Made by a program: the position numbers and the translations under genes. This document shows, one piece after another, positions 26,024-40,544 of a stretch of 64,000 nucleotides of DNA; position 1 is the first letter of the stretch; every line of letters begins with the position of its first letter. Under the pieces are notes generated by a model. That model was not told where the DNA came from, did not search any database, and saw only the letters and a list, made by a program, of their open reading frames with translations. The stretch spans positions 27,218,001 to 27,282,000 of the forward strand of contig OX597825.1 in assembly GCA_951406725.2 (NCBI GenBank), given 5' to 3'. Source of the stretch: Octopus vulgaris (lineage: Eukaryota).

Positions 26024-26557
26024 TATTTTTTGGTTTGTATCTATATATATATAGATGTTTTCGATCTAGTTTGGATTCTTTGCAATCAAATTTGAATTTT
26101 TCAATTGGTGCTCAAGCCTTGAAAAAAAAAGAGTTAAACTACATCAGCCGTAAGGGAATACATGTCTATCTTATCTAACTCGTCCAGTAGAGCCCACCAA
26201 TTGGTATCTAAAAAGGTCGATGAAATAACTCATTAACACTGCGATAGCTTCTACCAAAAGATGCTCCGTGACGTCGACCGGTCTGAACAAGGGGAAATAA
26301 TAAACGAATGAGCCTTTTTCTATTATCTCCCCTTGAGACCTCGGACGTATTAATCTCAAGCTCGCAATGAATTTCTTTTTGCTGATATCTTGGTGATCGC
26401 ACTAAACTGTACATTAATTAATGTGTTTCGTCAGTAATTATCCATAACTTTCCATTTCTGGCGTTCCTCATCTGTTGCTATACGACTATATAGTTCACAA
26501 AAACTAGCTATTCTCAACCTTTTGCTCTTCGCTGAGGTATATATATATCAACGAGGC

Positions 26558-26943
26558 GGAGGCGCAATGGCCAAATATACAGGGCAGCGGACTCGCGGTC
26601 GTAGGATCGCGGTTTCGATTCCCAGACCGGGCGTTGTGAGTGTTTATTGAGCGAAAACACCAAAAGCTCCACGAGGCTCCAGCAGGGGATGGTGGTGATC
26701 CCTGCTGTACTCTTTCACCACAACTTTCTCTCACTCTTACTTCCTGTTTCTGTTGTACCTTGTATTTCGAAGGGCCGGCCTTGTCACTCTCTGTGTCACG
26801 CTGAATATCCCCGAGAAATACGTTAAGGGTACACGTGTCTGTGGAGTGCTCAGCCACTTACACGTTAATTTCACGAGTAGGCTGTTCCGTTGATCGGATC
26901 AACCGGAACCCTCGTCGTCGTAACCGACGGAGTGCTTCCATCC
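26558..26943 (+). mobile_element. SINE family C (tRNA-Arg-like head) with 10-bp TSD
   Basis: Head ggaggcgcaatggcc..ggactcgcggtc..gtttcgattccc. TSD atatcaacga at 26545-26554 and 26944-26953. Confidence 0.92.
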
Positions 26944-28732
26944 ATATCAACGAATAAATCGCTAAATAACTTTAACCTAAGCACATAAATCTCAGAAACA
27001 TGCATGGAATGTTGGTGGTCCGTCTCTCCCACTGATACTCACGTAATTTAGCAGCTTCATTATATGGATACGTGTACCAACTGGGATAGAAATAATCAGG
27101 AATAATCTTATAGCAGAAGTCGGACGAATAATAAGACAGGATAAAAGGTGTAATTTAAATGGTGGGTACTAGTGAAAATTTGAAAGGTTTCCTGAGATAA
27201 CAAATGCAATGAGGTAGTACAAGAAAAAATAGACTGCATTTGCAAAGAATTTAACAAAAAAATGTAATAAATGCGATTGCTGGGTTCATGAGACAAAATC
27301 GAAACAGAGTAAAAGAGACATTCAATATTCGGTTGGCCACTCTTAATAATAGGTTGAAGTGTTTGGAATATAGATTTAACGGCAATTGAAATGCTTCTGA
27401 ATTGGTGTTTGTTTATCCTTCAGGCAAATGGCATTTGTTGGCGTATGTTTAGAGCTCCGAAAATTAGCCGAGGGCACTTTCAGCTAAGCGGAAGAGGGCG
27501 TAGGACAAAATAACCTAGGAATTACTTGGGAATCGTTAATTTCCCTAAATTTACGGGGTAGGTGAAAATAATTTGAAGTGAATTAGTGAATTAATGATTT
27601 CATAAAATATTAAATTAGTAAAATTGTTGTGTAGATAGCGAAATGGAAAAAATATAGGAAAGGCAATAAAAATAGGTTACTAGCAAAGACTACTAAAATT
27701 GAAGTTTTGGGGGTTGTAGAGATTGTTGACAAGGAAAATAAGAATAAATATGGAGGAAATTAGATAATTGTCATCCACTTAATGAATACAAAATGAGACT
27801 AATACAGCGATGTATAGAAGTTATGAAAATAACACACGAGTAGTACAATGGTAAGTGCGTAATAGCAGCGTTTTAAGTAGACAAATTACTTAAATTTTAA
27901 ACGTAATAGTCGACACAGTACAACAAACAGTTTTTAAAATCTCAGTTGCATAATATTTTTTCTAATTCTTACGGTTTTTAACCTACTAAATTGAAATCTG
28001 AAAACGGTTATGTTCTACATGCTCTAAGTTTCATGCAAATTCAAATTTTGCATTCTAGCTACTTGCGGTCAAATTAATTAATTAAACGCTTATGTTATCA
28101 ACAAAGATATTAAAATTATTTTCATTCTGTTTCAGATTTGATCATGGCTACAAAGAGACTTCAAATATATATATATATTTGTCGACTGGTGAGCGTAATT
28201 AGGATATTAAATAAATGGCAAATTAATAAGAAATGATGTAATCAACTTCATTGGCTCACTGCAGTTTCTGCTATGAGGTGCAATCTAATCATGACTGAGG
28301 ACTTATAACATCGTCGGATTCACAGATTCCGTTTAAGCAGTTGACAATGGAGTGCATGGCATTGACAAGTTTCAATAGAGGCAAAACGCGTCTGTGATCT
28401 TGTGAGTCGCTATGTCAACGATGTCCGTCACTGGAATATTTCTTTTTAAATCAAAATCCCACCTTAATCAAGTTCAACTGCCATTTGTTTGTAACTACGC
28501 TCATACGCGTCTCCTATATATCAATGTATGTTTTAATTGTATTGCAGAATATGTGAAAAATTAACGTAGTTGCGAAGAAAATTACGTTTATCATACAAAA
28601 CACGATAAAATTATGTAGCATGACTGTATGCTTGCCATCCACTACATGTTTCTGCTCTTCGTATATTTCCTCTTTATGTCGTCTATTAGAAAAATAATAA
28701 ATATTATCTATGAATTCCTCCACTGTACATAG

Positions 28733-28926
28733 AAAACTATCAGTACATAAACATAAAATTCACCAACATTTTACCGAATGAGGTTGTTATGCTAAAATAC
28801 AAATACAGACACACTCATACGCTTTGTGTATATGAATGAGTGCCAGTATGCGTGTGTGACTGTATATACGGGGAGTAAATATGTATTGTGTAGAGGAGTA
28901 AAAGGAAAGGAGAACCAAACAGACTG
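28733..28926 (+). repeat. ~194-bp local duplication, copy 1
   Basis: Ungapped, roughly 90% identical by eye to 30172-30365. Confidence 0.92.
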
Positions 28927-30002
28927 TTCATTACTTTATTATGGATTGACTTTATTGTCGAAGGCATATCTCCATTAATTGTTAGCACCTGAGGAAATGC
29001 CTTAGCATGCTACTTTTCATTGTATTTACCTTAAAGTATATTCATTAACTTTTCCTATTTTTAGATTTGAATTCAAAATTACATGTAATTGTACAGAACA
29101 AAACTCTTTTACTAAGGGGTGAATGGCTGATTATTATTTCACGTATCTATATATGGATGCGATATTTATCATAGATGTAATTGTCCAAGCAGAATGGTTG
29201 CTTAATCTAGATTTTAAACGAAATATGAAAGGTTGTTCACCTGTTGGTTGTCTGAGAAAATATGATAAGCACTTTGTTTGAATGGATTTAACTGAACGTA
29301 GAATGAAGTGCTTGTATAAAAACATTCTATTTTAGAATATTTAAACTCTCAGTGTCTAGGAGCGATCTGGATTCCGTTTAAATTATTCAGGCGCATTAAA
29401 TGAAATTATTTTGCTCAAACTGAAAGTCAAGTATGAAACGGAAATATATCCTTCTTAGTGGATATAAGTGTTAACATCGACACACAAGAAAGTATTAGTC
29501 ATCTTATTTTATTTTCCTTTGGATAGATATAAATCCATTGTAAAAACGTAACACGGACAAAATTCTTGATAAATATAACCATACAAAAATGTAGTCGAGA
29601 CTCAATAACTGGAGTATAATTCGAGATGATGATGTGAGGGACCTGCTTCTCGTAGTATTTCTATATCCTGGATAATATATTTCTACAATACAACATTTGA
29701 AATGTGTGGTTTAGGTTGTATTTAATTATGTGTTTTTTTATTTAATATTTTCTTAAATATTTGTTTACGCGAAATGCGTATTCAAATCACAAATACGATA
29801 TGTAATAAATGGGTTTTATCAGAAACAGACAATATACGTCAAATGGTACGATTAGAAATGGCTCACCTTTAAAACCGTCTAATAAATATATTCCGATATG
29901 TGAACTGTGTGCAGTTGTTGATAAAAAGAATTACTTTTATTGTCTTCATCCATATAGACAAATATATGTGTATGTGAGAGGAGTGAGAATTGAGTACGTA
30001 TG

Positions 30003-30056
30003 CATATATATATATATATATATATACACGCACACACATACATATATACATATATA

Positions 30057-30108
<52 letters not shown>

Positions 30109-30118
30109 CATAAATATA

Positions 30119-30153
<35 letters not shown>
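30003..30153. repeat. (TA)n-rich microsatellite
   Basis: Seen directly in the sequence. Confidence 0.95.
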
Positions 30154-30156
<3 letters not shown>

Positions 30157-30171
30157 TTGTTAAAGAAATGG

Positions 30172-30365
30172 AAAACTATCGGGACATAAATATAAAATTT
30201 ACCAACATTTTACCGAATGAGGTTATTATGCTAATATACAAACACAGACACACTCATACGCTTTGTATATATGAATGAGTGCAAGTATGCGTGTGTGACT
30301 GTATATACGGGGAGTAAATATATATTGTGTAGAGGAGTAAAAAGAAAGAAGAGCCAAACAGACTG
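30172..30365 (+). repeat. ~194-bp local duplication, copy 2
   Basis: Matches 28733-28926. Confidence 0.92.
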
Positions 30366-31124
30366 CAATCTGGCTGCAAGTTTGTTGAACCTTAATTCTG
30401 CTATCTTGATTACAATCATATATCAACCTCTCTGGAATTATTGGCAGGCTTCTACGTCCTTTTTTTCAATAAAGTTAAACCAGCAGCATAAAGTTTATCT
30501 GTCACAGAAAAACCATTATTTATCTTATCATATATTATCACCTGAAGTATAAGCGTTTTCTGGTTTTATATCTTTCCATGCCCAAACTTATCATTAAACA
30601 ATAAAAGGGATTTCTCTGTTTGGCACTAAGCCATAACTGTTATTGGGTATAGGAAATTTAAACGGCTCAATTACCCTGTGACGTGTGCATGAATTGTATC
30701 GTCCAAATGACCTAAAGCCATAGAAAACTGGGTAGAATTTGAGCTCAGAATAGAAACCTAATACATATAGCAATTGGGTTTTTTAACGTAGGCACAAGGC
30801 CGGAATTCTGGCTGAGTTATAACAATTGAGTATTGAATTTGTAATTATTTTATCATGACAGGATACATGGCGTTTACAGTCGTAGAGCGCTAATAGCGAT
30901 TACTGGACCCCACAGCTGACGCTCTGATAAACCTCCCATGCACCACCCATACTGAAATATTACTAACTCTGGCAAACAGAAAGAAGCTATCATTTAGTGA
31001 ATGTATAATCAATTTCTCAGAATGAGAATAATGATTCATGTAAATATTCTCTTCCACTGATTTATGGAAAACAAAGTAATATCGAGAATTATTAAAACAA
31101 TCTAAGATGTCGAGCAAATTAACT

Positions 31125-31300
31125 ACCGGTATTTCGTCCTCTTTACGTTCAGAGTTCAAATTCCGTAGAGGTCGATTTTTGCTTTTCATCCTTTCGGTGT
31201 CGATAAAAAGGGGAACCAGTTGACCAGCAATAGGGGCCCATGTAATAGATTCGAACCCTCCCCGAATAGTTGGTTTTGTGCCAAAATATTAAACCTTACA
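31125..31300 (+). mobile_element. Old partial SINE A with alternative tail
   Basis: 'ggtatttcgtc..gagttcaaattccg..gaggtcga..ttttcatcctttcgg.gtcgataaa'. Confidence 0.75.
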
Positions 31301-31323
31301 ATGCAACGAACTATACACACAGG

Positions 31324-31368
<45 letters not shown>

Positions 31369-31784
31369 AGGTACATTTGTCACACATACGTACATACAGG
31401 TACATTTGTCATTTCAACAGATGCAGTTCATTTAGTTCAAGTGGGCAATCTCTATATGACATTTAAATCTTGTACATTGTTGAAAGTCATCTCACTTGCG
31501 GTTTTCGTCTCAGGTAAACATCAATTATTGACGTTTAGGGTTTGAAAAGAAGCAGACATATGTCAACAGCAGACGAAATTTGGCCAGCAGTGGCAGTGAT
31601 ATTGATAAATTCAGATTCTAAATTCTTTGTTCTTCACCAGAGCTGGCATCGCATGCTAAGTGAGAAGTGGTCACATCTATGGAGGAGATAGAGAAGAGAT
31701 TAAACCATTCTACGCTGGCGATATCACTTTAGTGATGCAAATGCTTATAATTTTTTGTTCTTTCTCTCCAAACAAAGATCACTT

Positions 31785-31863
<79 letters not shown>

Positions 31864-31991
31864 ATTTCTTTCTCCATAGTAAACATTCCTACTGGCTTGA
31901 GTAAATTGAATTATGCTAATGCAATCAAGTAAACCGAATCTTCGAAATCTCTTGCCCGTAATCAGACAATACTCTGTCATGTCATCTAAAG

Positions 31992-32307
31992 CAGTGGTCC
32001 TCAACCATGTTTTTTTTACCAATGGAACCCCTTTATTCCTATTGTACTTCACTGGACTCCCATAGTCATTCGATGTTAAAAAAAAAACATAATATTTTTA
32101 TTGATGAAATTTATTATGACGTGTATTAAAAATTGTTAAAATAGTTCGCGTATGGTGGATGTATAACATATTTATTGCGCATAACCTTTACAGGTCTGCA
32201 GCACAGTTTTTTCATGGCCCGTGAAAAATTACCATGGACACCCAATTTACCATATTGCATCGATGGACCTCCCAAAATCTTATACGGATCTCGTTTGAGA
32301 AACCTCG
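31992..32307. mobile_element. Non-autonomous hAT (Charlie-like) MITE
   Basis: TIRs cagtggtcctcaacc and degenerate gtttgagaaacctcg. Perfect 8-bp TSD atctaaag at 31984-31991 and 32308-32315. Confidence 0.85.
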
Positions 32308-33259
32308 ATCTAAAGGATTATAAAAAATGAATTGTTCCTTATGTTAACATGTTTGACAATTGCCTCTAGTTTTATACGTTTTTGTTTAGGTTTCATTCAA
32401 CAAATTCATATCAAATTTAAAGCACGTGGCATTCTTTACGTCATTCTTAATATAATTATGTACACGCATACGCTTGCGTGTTTGTTGGAGTGTATGGTGA
32501 TACGATGTTTGAATAATTAATCGTGTTTACAACGACATGTAAACTTAGACAAAGTCGATTATGCATCCATGCATTTATGCTACAATACTCAGTAAATAAA
32601 TCTAAATCCATATATATTGGATCATTGTTTGCGCATATATTGTACGTGTGCATTCAGTATTTCCTACTACATACGTGTTGGAAAACAACGAACAGGTCTA
32701 ATGTCAGCTTATATTTCTTAATATTTTATTAGCATTTGCTCCCAGCATCGATATATTTCTGTCATTCGAGTCATGAAACGTGACTCTTTTCTTAGTAATT
32801 ATTTTCATCCTACGTAATCTAATTTTTAATTTTGTATTCATACTAATACACAACATTGTTCATCAACGAGATATTTTACAGCATATCAACGCCATAAACA
32901 CTCACATATGTTGGAACATTTTACTTGCACGCAGCTATATAATACACGTATGAACATATCCTACAACAATATGTATGGTTTATACAGTGTAATAGACATT
33001 TCTAATACAAGCAACAACTCCTTGTGATCTCTACAATTAGAACCCGTGATGATTTAAAACTTCGAAAGTGTTAAGAGGTCAAGAGTCATACTGATTTGCA
33101 GTGTTGTTTCCATCTGCATGCGTTCACTGGTTGAACTTCGAAGGTGTTGATTTTGCATTCAATCAGTTTTAGGTCGATCAAATAATCATCATGCTATTGT
33201 TTACTGGACTTCCATAACTTGTTATTTTCAGACATTCATTCCGAGTTTAGTCTCTATCC

Positions 33260-33282
33260 CCCTCTCGCTCTCTCTCTTTCTT

Positions 33283-33314
<32 letters not shown>

Positions 33315-33346
33315 GCATATACAAAATGTGTGCTTTAATGTGTATG

Positions 33347-33411
<65 letters not shown>

Positions 33412-33482
33412 GGTATGTATGTAATTTTATGTATATGTATGTATATGTATATATGTGTATATATATATATGTGCATATTTAA

Positions 33483-33519
<37 letters not shown>

Positions 33520-33553
33520 TATCTACATGTATATGTACATATTTATATGCATA

Positions 33554-33600
<47 letters not shown>

Positions 33601-33633
33601 ATGTATGTATATAAAGATGTATATAAATATATA
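33260..33633. repeat. (CT)n and compound (TA)/(TATG) microsatellite
   Basis: Seen directly in the sequence. Confidence 0.95.
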
Positions 33634-33777
33634 TGAGCACTATGTATAAGAGCAGAGAGAGAGCGTAAGTAATAGGCAAGGAGTTGAAAATAACACTCAG
33701 TCTCGTTGGGCAAAGTTTATACATGCTGCGGAGAACTGAAACATTACGTTGTCATTCGAATTTCATATTTGCATCAC

Positions 33778-34090
33778 GGTACAGGTGTGATTACGTGGTA
33801 AGACGTTTGCTGCCCAAGCACATGATTCTTGGTTCAGTTGCACACAGTTGAAACTTGGGCATGTATCTTCTACAGTGACCTCAGAGCTCCAAGCCATGGC
33901 GCTTGGGTTTGGTAGAGGTGAAGTGACAGAAGCCCGTGTGTGTATGTATGTAAATTATTCCTGTTTTGTGTCTCTCTAGGTTCCATACCACCACAGCTTA
34001 ACTGTTGGTATGTTTACATCCCTGTAACATCGGTTCGGCAAGAGACCATTGGAATATGTACCACGTTTAAACAGAATAGTACTAGGATGG
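33778..34090 (+). mobile_element. Old SINE B copy
   Basis: Diverged head 'gtggtaag..ggttcagtt..cttgggca', plus 'agaagcccgt' and 'cggttcggcaagagacc'. Confidence 0.75.
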
Positions 34091-34241
34091 ACGCCTAGAT
34101 GTTAACTATACTGATTTTATTGCCAATCCTTTGGAAATCGAATAAATATCATTGTTAAAATTTACAGAAAACAAAAGACGAAGAGAGTTGTGTGGACAGC
34201 AAGCAGTTACAATAGTTTGACGCTTGGGAAAGGGAGAAAGG

Positions 34242-34277
34242 TTTTTACGTTTCGAGCTTATGCTCTTCAACAGAAAA
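34242..34277 (-). ncRNA. Minimal hammerhead-ribozyme-like motif with one core mismatch; probable Penelope-like pLTR relic
   Basis: Minus strand reads tttt-CTGTTGA-a-gagc-ataa-gctc-GAAAC-GTA-aaaa. Confidence 0.55.
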
Positions 34278-34690
34278 GAATAAAAGAAAATAAACAGAGA
34301 AACAATTAAAAAAAAAACGTGTGGATTCAGCGACCAAGCATGGCGACTGGTTGGCGAATAAAATGTTTTGACAGGAGAAGTAGAAAGAAGTGGGGATAAG
34401 AAAGTATTCGTGATCCGAAAACGAAGGTACACCTGCATGTGTATGTACATGAGAATGTGCAAATGTGTGTAGATAGGGGTTAGTGATTTTGACGTGTGGA
34501 TGTGTGTATGCATCTGTATTGTGTTGGTGTGTGGATGATGGTGCGTGGCTGTGCCGATGATGGTGTGTGGTGTGTGCTGGGAAGTGGTCAGTGCTAGTGT
34601 GGGGGTATGTGGGCTTGGGTTTGATGTGGGGGTGAGGCAGGGAAGAGAATGTGGAGGTGTAGTGGATGTGGGGGTATGGGTAGGTGGTAT

Positions 34691-35070
34691 GGAAGCGCAA
34701 TGGCCCAGTTGTTACGGCAGCGGACTGGCAGTCGTACGATTGCGGTTTCGATTCGCTGTCCGGCCGCTGTGAGTATTTATTGAGCGAAAACAACTAAAGT
34801 TCCATCAGGCTCCAACAGGGAATTGTGGCGAACTCTGCGGTACTCTTTCACCACAAATTTCTCTCACTCTTTCTTCCTGTTGATGTTGTACCTGTATTTC
34901 AAATGTCCAACCTCGTCACACTGTGTGTCACGCAGAATCTCGCCGAGAACTACGTTAAGGGTACACGTGCTTGTGGAGTGCTCAACCACTTCCATATTAA
35001 TTTCACTTGCAGGCTGTTCCGTTGATTGGATCAACTGGAACCCTCGTCGTCGGAATGGACGGAGCGCAAC
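34691..35070 (+). mobile_element. SINE family C, older copy
   Basis: Colinear with the copies at 26558 and 55984. Confidence 0.9.
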
Positions 35071-35395
35071 TATATATATGTAAGATTAATCAGCCGAAAT
35101 TGCGAGGTTGATCTGGTTCTTGACTGAAGATTAGAGGCTTCGAATGACCCGTCCGTTTTTTGTATCGTCTATTTGAATGTTTTGCGTTCTTGTCCCATTT
35201 TGTATTTTTAAATATATTTTTTATACATATATTATTGGGGCGTACGTACACCTTGTTCTCTTATATGTATGTAAGCATTCCCCTATATATATATATATAT
35301 ATACAGAAAATTGGCTAAAAGCTGAATCAGGGAACGCACTAAAGGAGAGTAAATCGTCATTCAGACTATATTGGATGTGATGTGTTTGCGTGTAT

Positions 35396-35431
<36 letters not shown>

Positions 35432-36236
35432 CCGAGAAAGTGAGTAAGAGAGAGAAAGAGAGAGGGAGAGTAACTGAGATATTTGTGTTTTGTATCTGTG
35501 TTATCAGTTGATGCCCGAAGACACATTTTCTTCTTGAGAAGACGTGTATATTTTTCGATAAAATATTAGGTTTGTATACGAACTTATTAAAAAGATATGT
35601 TTTAGTTTATATAAATTTTTTGTTCCGTACACTTATGTAGTAAGTTAGTTTTCTTTATTTCGTTTCAAAGGATTTGGTTTGCGTGCAAAATTCTACATTC
35701 AAGAGAAATAATACTACAACTTTCTATACAGCAAAATTCTTAGAAGTTTCGCGTATAAATATATGATACCGCTATTGTTTTCTTTTTATCTTTCTTACGA
35801 AAACAAAAGATAAAGGAAAGGAAAGTGCTTTAAAAGATTTTCTATAAGAGAATTATTCTACATTTGAAAGAATTCTTAGTTCAAGTGAGCTGACAAAAGC
35901 GGTATTTATGTTATTACGTGACTAAATAGTAAATACATATACATATATATGCGTATACATACATACAGATATATATAAATATAATATATATATATATATA
36001 TATACACACACATATATATATATATATTTACTCTCATACATCAATATAAATTCATGTCTGTACATTAAAAGATATATACAAAAAATATATATTTATGTAT
36101 ACACGACATATACGACATATATATGTTTGTGTATATATATACCTACATAATACACATATATATACTTGTAAATAGACATTATATTTGTATATACCACATG
36201 TATATACACATCAATAGAAATTCATATATATGCATG

Positions 36237-36302
<66 letters not shown>

Positions 36303-36697
36303 AATAGATATATATATATATAAATAGATAGAAAGATAGATATCACATTTTTCGATCCTACAGAATGGAGAATATCTGTACATCAAACAAGATTTAAACG
36401 ACGTCATTTGCAAAGGAGGTCTCGCACCTATGTCCTTCCAATGGAAGTAGTTGTGAAAGTAATATTAACTTAAAGAGAAACAATCGCGAGACAATCTAGT
36501 AATTATCAAGCAAAGATTTTGTTGAACTCATGTGGAACGCAAAACCAATACGCAGTTACGAAATATGTTCCAGTATCCTTATACCACTCTTGGAACCTAT
36601 TTTAATTTATTCCCTTATTTTTTCAGTTCTTGTCCACCATAATAACATATACACACCCAAAAGTGAAAAGTAAAGAAAAGATAAAAAAAAAAACATA

Positions 36698-37100
36698 GGC
36701 GCAGGAGTGGTTGTGTGGTAAGTAGCTTGCTTATCAACCACATGGTTCCGGGTTCAGTCCCACTGCGTGGCACCTTGGGCAAGTGTCTTCTACTATAGCC
36801 TCGGGCCAACCAAAGCCTTGTGAGTGGATTTGGTAGACGGAAACTGAAAGAAGCCTGTCGTATATATGTATATATATATATATGCTTGTATGTGTTTGTG
36901 TGTCTGTGTTTGTCCCCCTAGCATTGTTTGACAACCGATGCTGTTGTGTTTATGTCCCTGTTACTTAGCGGTTCGGCAAAAGACACCGATAGAATAAGTA
37001 CTGGGCTTACAAAGAATAAGCCCCGGGGTCGAGCTGCTTGATTAAAAGGCGGTGCTCCAGCATGGCCGCAGTCAAATGACTGAAACAAGTAAAAGAGTAA
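36698..37100 (+). mobile_element. SINE family B, full length
   Basis: ggcgcaggagtgg..gactgaaacaagtaaaagag. Confidence 0.93.
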
Positions 37101-39371
37101 GTAAGCATTTTCAGCAATAGATCTCATTCGATTTGACGTGCCTAATTTAGTAAGTTTTAGGACATTTTGTGGTTTGTCCTCAAAAGAAATAATTGGGTAC
37201 GTGAGTGATCTCCCTGAATTATTGGTATGGCAGATTGTCACAGCAAGGTCAAATATATATCTTTCGAATTCGTTGCATCAAATCTGTCATGCCAAGCATT
37301 CAAGAGTTCTTTGTAGATGTGGACATTTGTTTCCACCGTTATCGACTACGTACACAGTGCCATAGTGATAGTTGTTGCTTTGATGACATTTTGCCAAAGT
37401 TGTATATATTGGAGAAAAAGGATCCAGAAGAATAACTTCCGCGTTCATTGGGCCTCACCCCCGAAACATTTTTATGTGAATACTCAAAAGATAATATTTA
37501 CATAATCAAACCGGCGAAAGTGGAGCAGCGAATCGATGACTACCGATGTTTCATTGTCACTCCAACAGATGTGTTTGCATTTTACCAGACTGTATTATTG
37601 AACAACTTTTCCTTGGTCCTTGAACTGACATTGTCTATTGTCAGTATAATCATGGCATACTTAAAGAAGAAATGGCTTGGGGTTTCTTTGGATATCTGTA
37701 ACCAATTCTGGTTTGTCCACCGCATTTGTTTGGTTAAAAAAGGGAGCTGTGGTGAGTGTAAGTGACTTTGAAAAATTCATCTTACGTAAGGTATAAACAT
37801 GTTTTGAATTGTTTCCTATTTGCCTTTCAGTGATTTTCTCTCTATTCAATTAGGTATTGCGTAGCTGATGTAGTTCTATATCGTTTAGGACATGAATTTG
37901 AAGAAACAGTATGTCCTTGGGTCAGATGCTCTCCAATGCATTTACGGCTGCTATGTTCAGAATTTTAACAGAATACAAAACAGTTTTAACGTGAGTATGA
38001 TTGTGTACACTCTACATCAAAATGTGCCTACTTGTAACTATAAAATACATTCTTTAGTAATCTTGCATTACACGCGTTAGGAAATTTACTGTTTTTTGCC
38101 GGCTCTGAACAAAAAGTTTGGTATCCGTGTCTGACGGAGATCAAAAATAATTATACACCTGCGTCCTGTAATATGATAATTTAATGCATACTTCAGTGTG
38201 TTATCATAATTATTTTGTTTTGTCATATGAAATTTCTTCTATGAATATTTCCACATTTCTCTCTATCTTTCTCTCTATCTCTTCTTCTTTTCTTTTCTGT
38301 ATATATACACGAATGCACGTGCATATGTATGTGTGAGTATGTGTGTATGTAGTATGCATGCATAGCACCTATATTTGAGAAGTATGTATACTTGCCTCTG
38401 TTGGAATTTGTATAGAAGGGTAGGTCGATGATTTTACCTATTCTATTTTTTATGGTGAAACGCAGTATTAAATGGGATCTTAATGAAAACAAACAGATGC
38501 AAAAGACGTGAATACATTTGCCATAGAAACGTATAGAAGAAAGGAACCTATTATCCCTTGCTTTGTTCTTTTGTTTACGTTTTGAAATTTCCAACTATGG
38601 AAATTTTCCCTAATACAAGGCGTTTTCGAACTGCCAAAATACTTTCTATAACAATATTCCGCCAAAAGATATATTAGTTGTATTTACTGAAGATGAAAGA
38701 ATTACAAAATATTTTGATATTTTTTCACTGTTGATATAATAGTTATGAAATCATTATTGTTTGCTTCATGTTATAATATCTTTAATGATTATTTGTGAAT
38801 GTTGCTGACTAAATACGAAATGTTAGCAGTAATCAATTACTTCTTACTAGAAAAAGAAATGCCTTTCTCTGTATTGTAAAATATTATAAAGTTTAAACAT
38901 TTTATTTTAAATTCTATTGTCTGTTCGTGACGTATTTGTAACTGTAGATTATTCATCCATTCAAAATAGGGCAAGGTTTATTTCCTTTTATTCCTATTCG
39001 TCGTGCAATTTCTGCTGGCTTACATAACGAATTGCAAAATATTTTTTGTTATCTTAGGGAAAGCGTTATCCACACATAATGTAAATCTTTCCCTTTAAAT
39101 ATCAGACATTTTAAAGATTATACCCTACAGGTATTCATATCCTTAATGATAACCATGGCTTCTTGAATGTTTACCTAGGATGTACAAATCTTGTAATTGA
39201 ACGTATTTAGATGAAAAATTCTAATACGCTATTTGCGCTGACGTACCTAGGCTGTACTCGTTAACGTCATTTTGTAGCCTGCATTGCTCACAGTAGCGAT
39301 TAATCCGTGTTGTAGAACCTCCGTCGAAGTGTACTCAATGTATGCGATGTTTTACTGAATTGAACATACAG

Positions 39372-39483
39372 CTGCACTTTTACGTGCTATTAAAACGACT
39401 ACCCATAATTTTTTTGATTTGATAAACTGCACTTTTACGTGCTATTAAAACGACTACCCATAATTTTTTGGTTTGATAAACTG
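39372..39483. repeat. 55-bp tandem duplication
   Basis: ctgcacttttacgtgctattaaaacgactacccataatttttt..tttgataaa occurs twice. Confidence 0.95.
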
Positions 39484-40544
39484 ATCGAGTCGTTCAAGGT
39501 CAATCGTTTTGGTCGCATGTTTCAAATACATACTTCAAATAAATGCTTAATCTAAAATGTAAATTTTAGTGGCGTCATATACGGCATCTCACTAACAATT
39601 TCCGTTTTGCATTCTTCACTGCACTTATTAAAATTACCAAAAACTAATTTCAAAAGTTATGGGCTACATATGGCTTTCCGAGAAAAGTAAATTTTCCTAA
39701 AACAAGCAGATATAGCTTATGAATCTGAACAACTTTCCTGAATTATCAGCTAAAATATTTAGTATCTCACCGTAGCAGTAACAAAAACAATATGTAACAT
39801 GATATATATGATAAGAGGCAAATATAGGAACACAAAAGGCATTTAAAGTAGCTAAAAATAGTCATACAGGAAAAAGAATAGACATACCCATGGAAGTGTT
39901 CTATGACATCTTTGATCTTCCAATGTCACAAGAAATCGAAACTAGGCATTACAGCACAAGAAAGAGGAAAGAAAGAGAAGAGTAGGAGAAGAGCCTAAAC
40001 GGAAAATTTCAAAAAGGGAGATGTGATGAGAGAATAATAACTAAATAAATAAGATTAACGTCCAACGGAAGTGAATCTTAAAGGAAGAGGTATTGTGGCG
40101 AGAGTCATTGACACCCCCGAGGGGGGGTTGGAAGAATGGAATAGCCAAACTCTTATAAAGATTAGAGGTCGGAAGTAGTGCGTGAGAGAGGGTTTTGGTG
40201 GTCTCGCGAAGTACATCGTGTGAACACATCGATTATCCTCCGCTGCATTAATTATATATCCAACGTGTGCCTAGAATATAAAGATATGTGGGTTTTAATT
40301 TATATTAAAGGAAGTGCGATAGTCCTTATACTTAATATTGTATACATATAAAATATATACAGCATCATATTTGAAATTAAACGCGAGTGTTATTGTTATG
40401 ATTATTCATACGCTTGTTATGGAAGGGAGGGCCAAAAACGAGATGATGTTATGTATGATCTTTGAGATCAAAGCTACTTTAAGTTGAGAAATGTTGTATT
40501 TCATATTAAAAGCGAAAGTATATATGGGATTACACCTACAAACT

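Noticed and set aside
27900-28480. Possible DNA transposon remnant (similar hints at 22330-22840 and 27400-27800)
   Set aside because: Only vague resemblance, with no TIR, TSD or convincing peptide motif.
37130-37800. Cluster of short ORFs, possibly a transposase relic
   Set aside because: No recognisable catalytic motif or termini.
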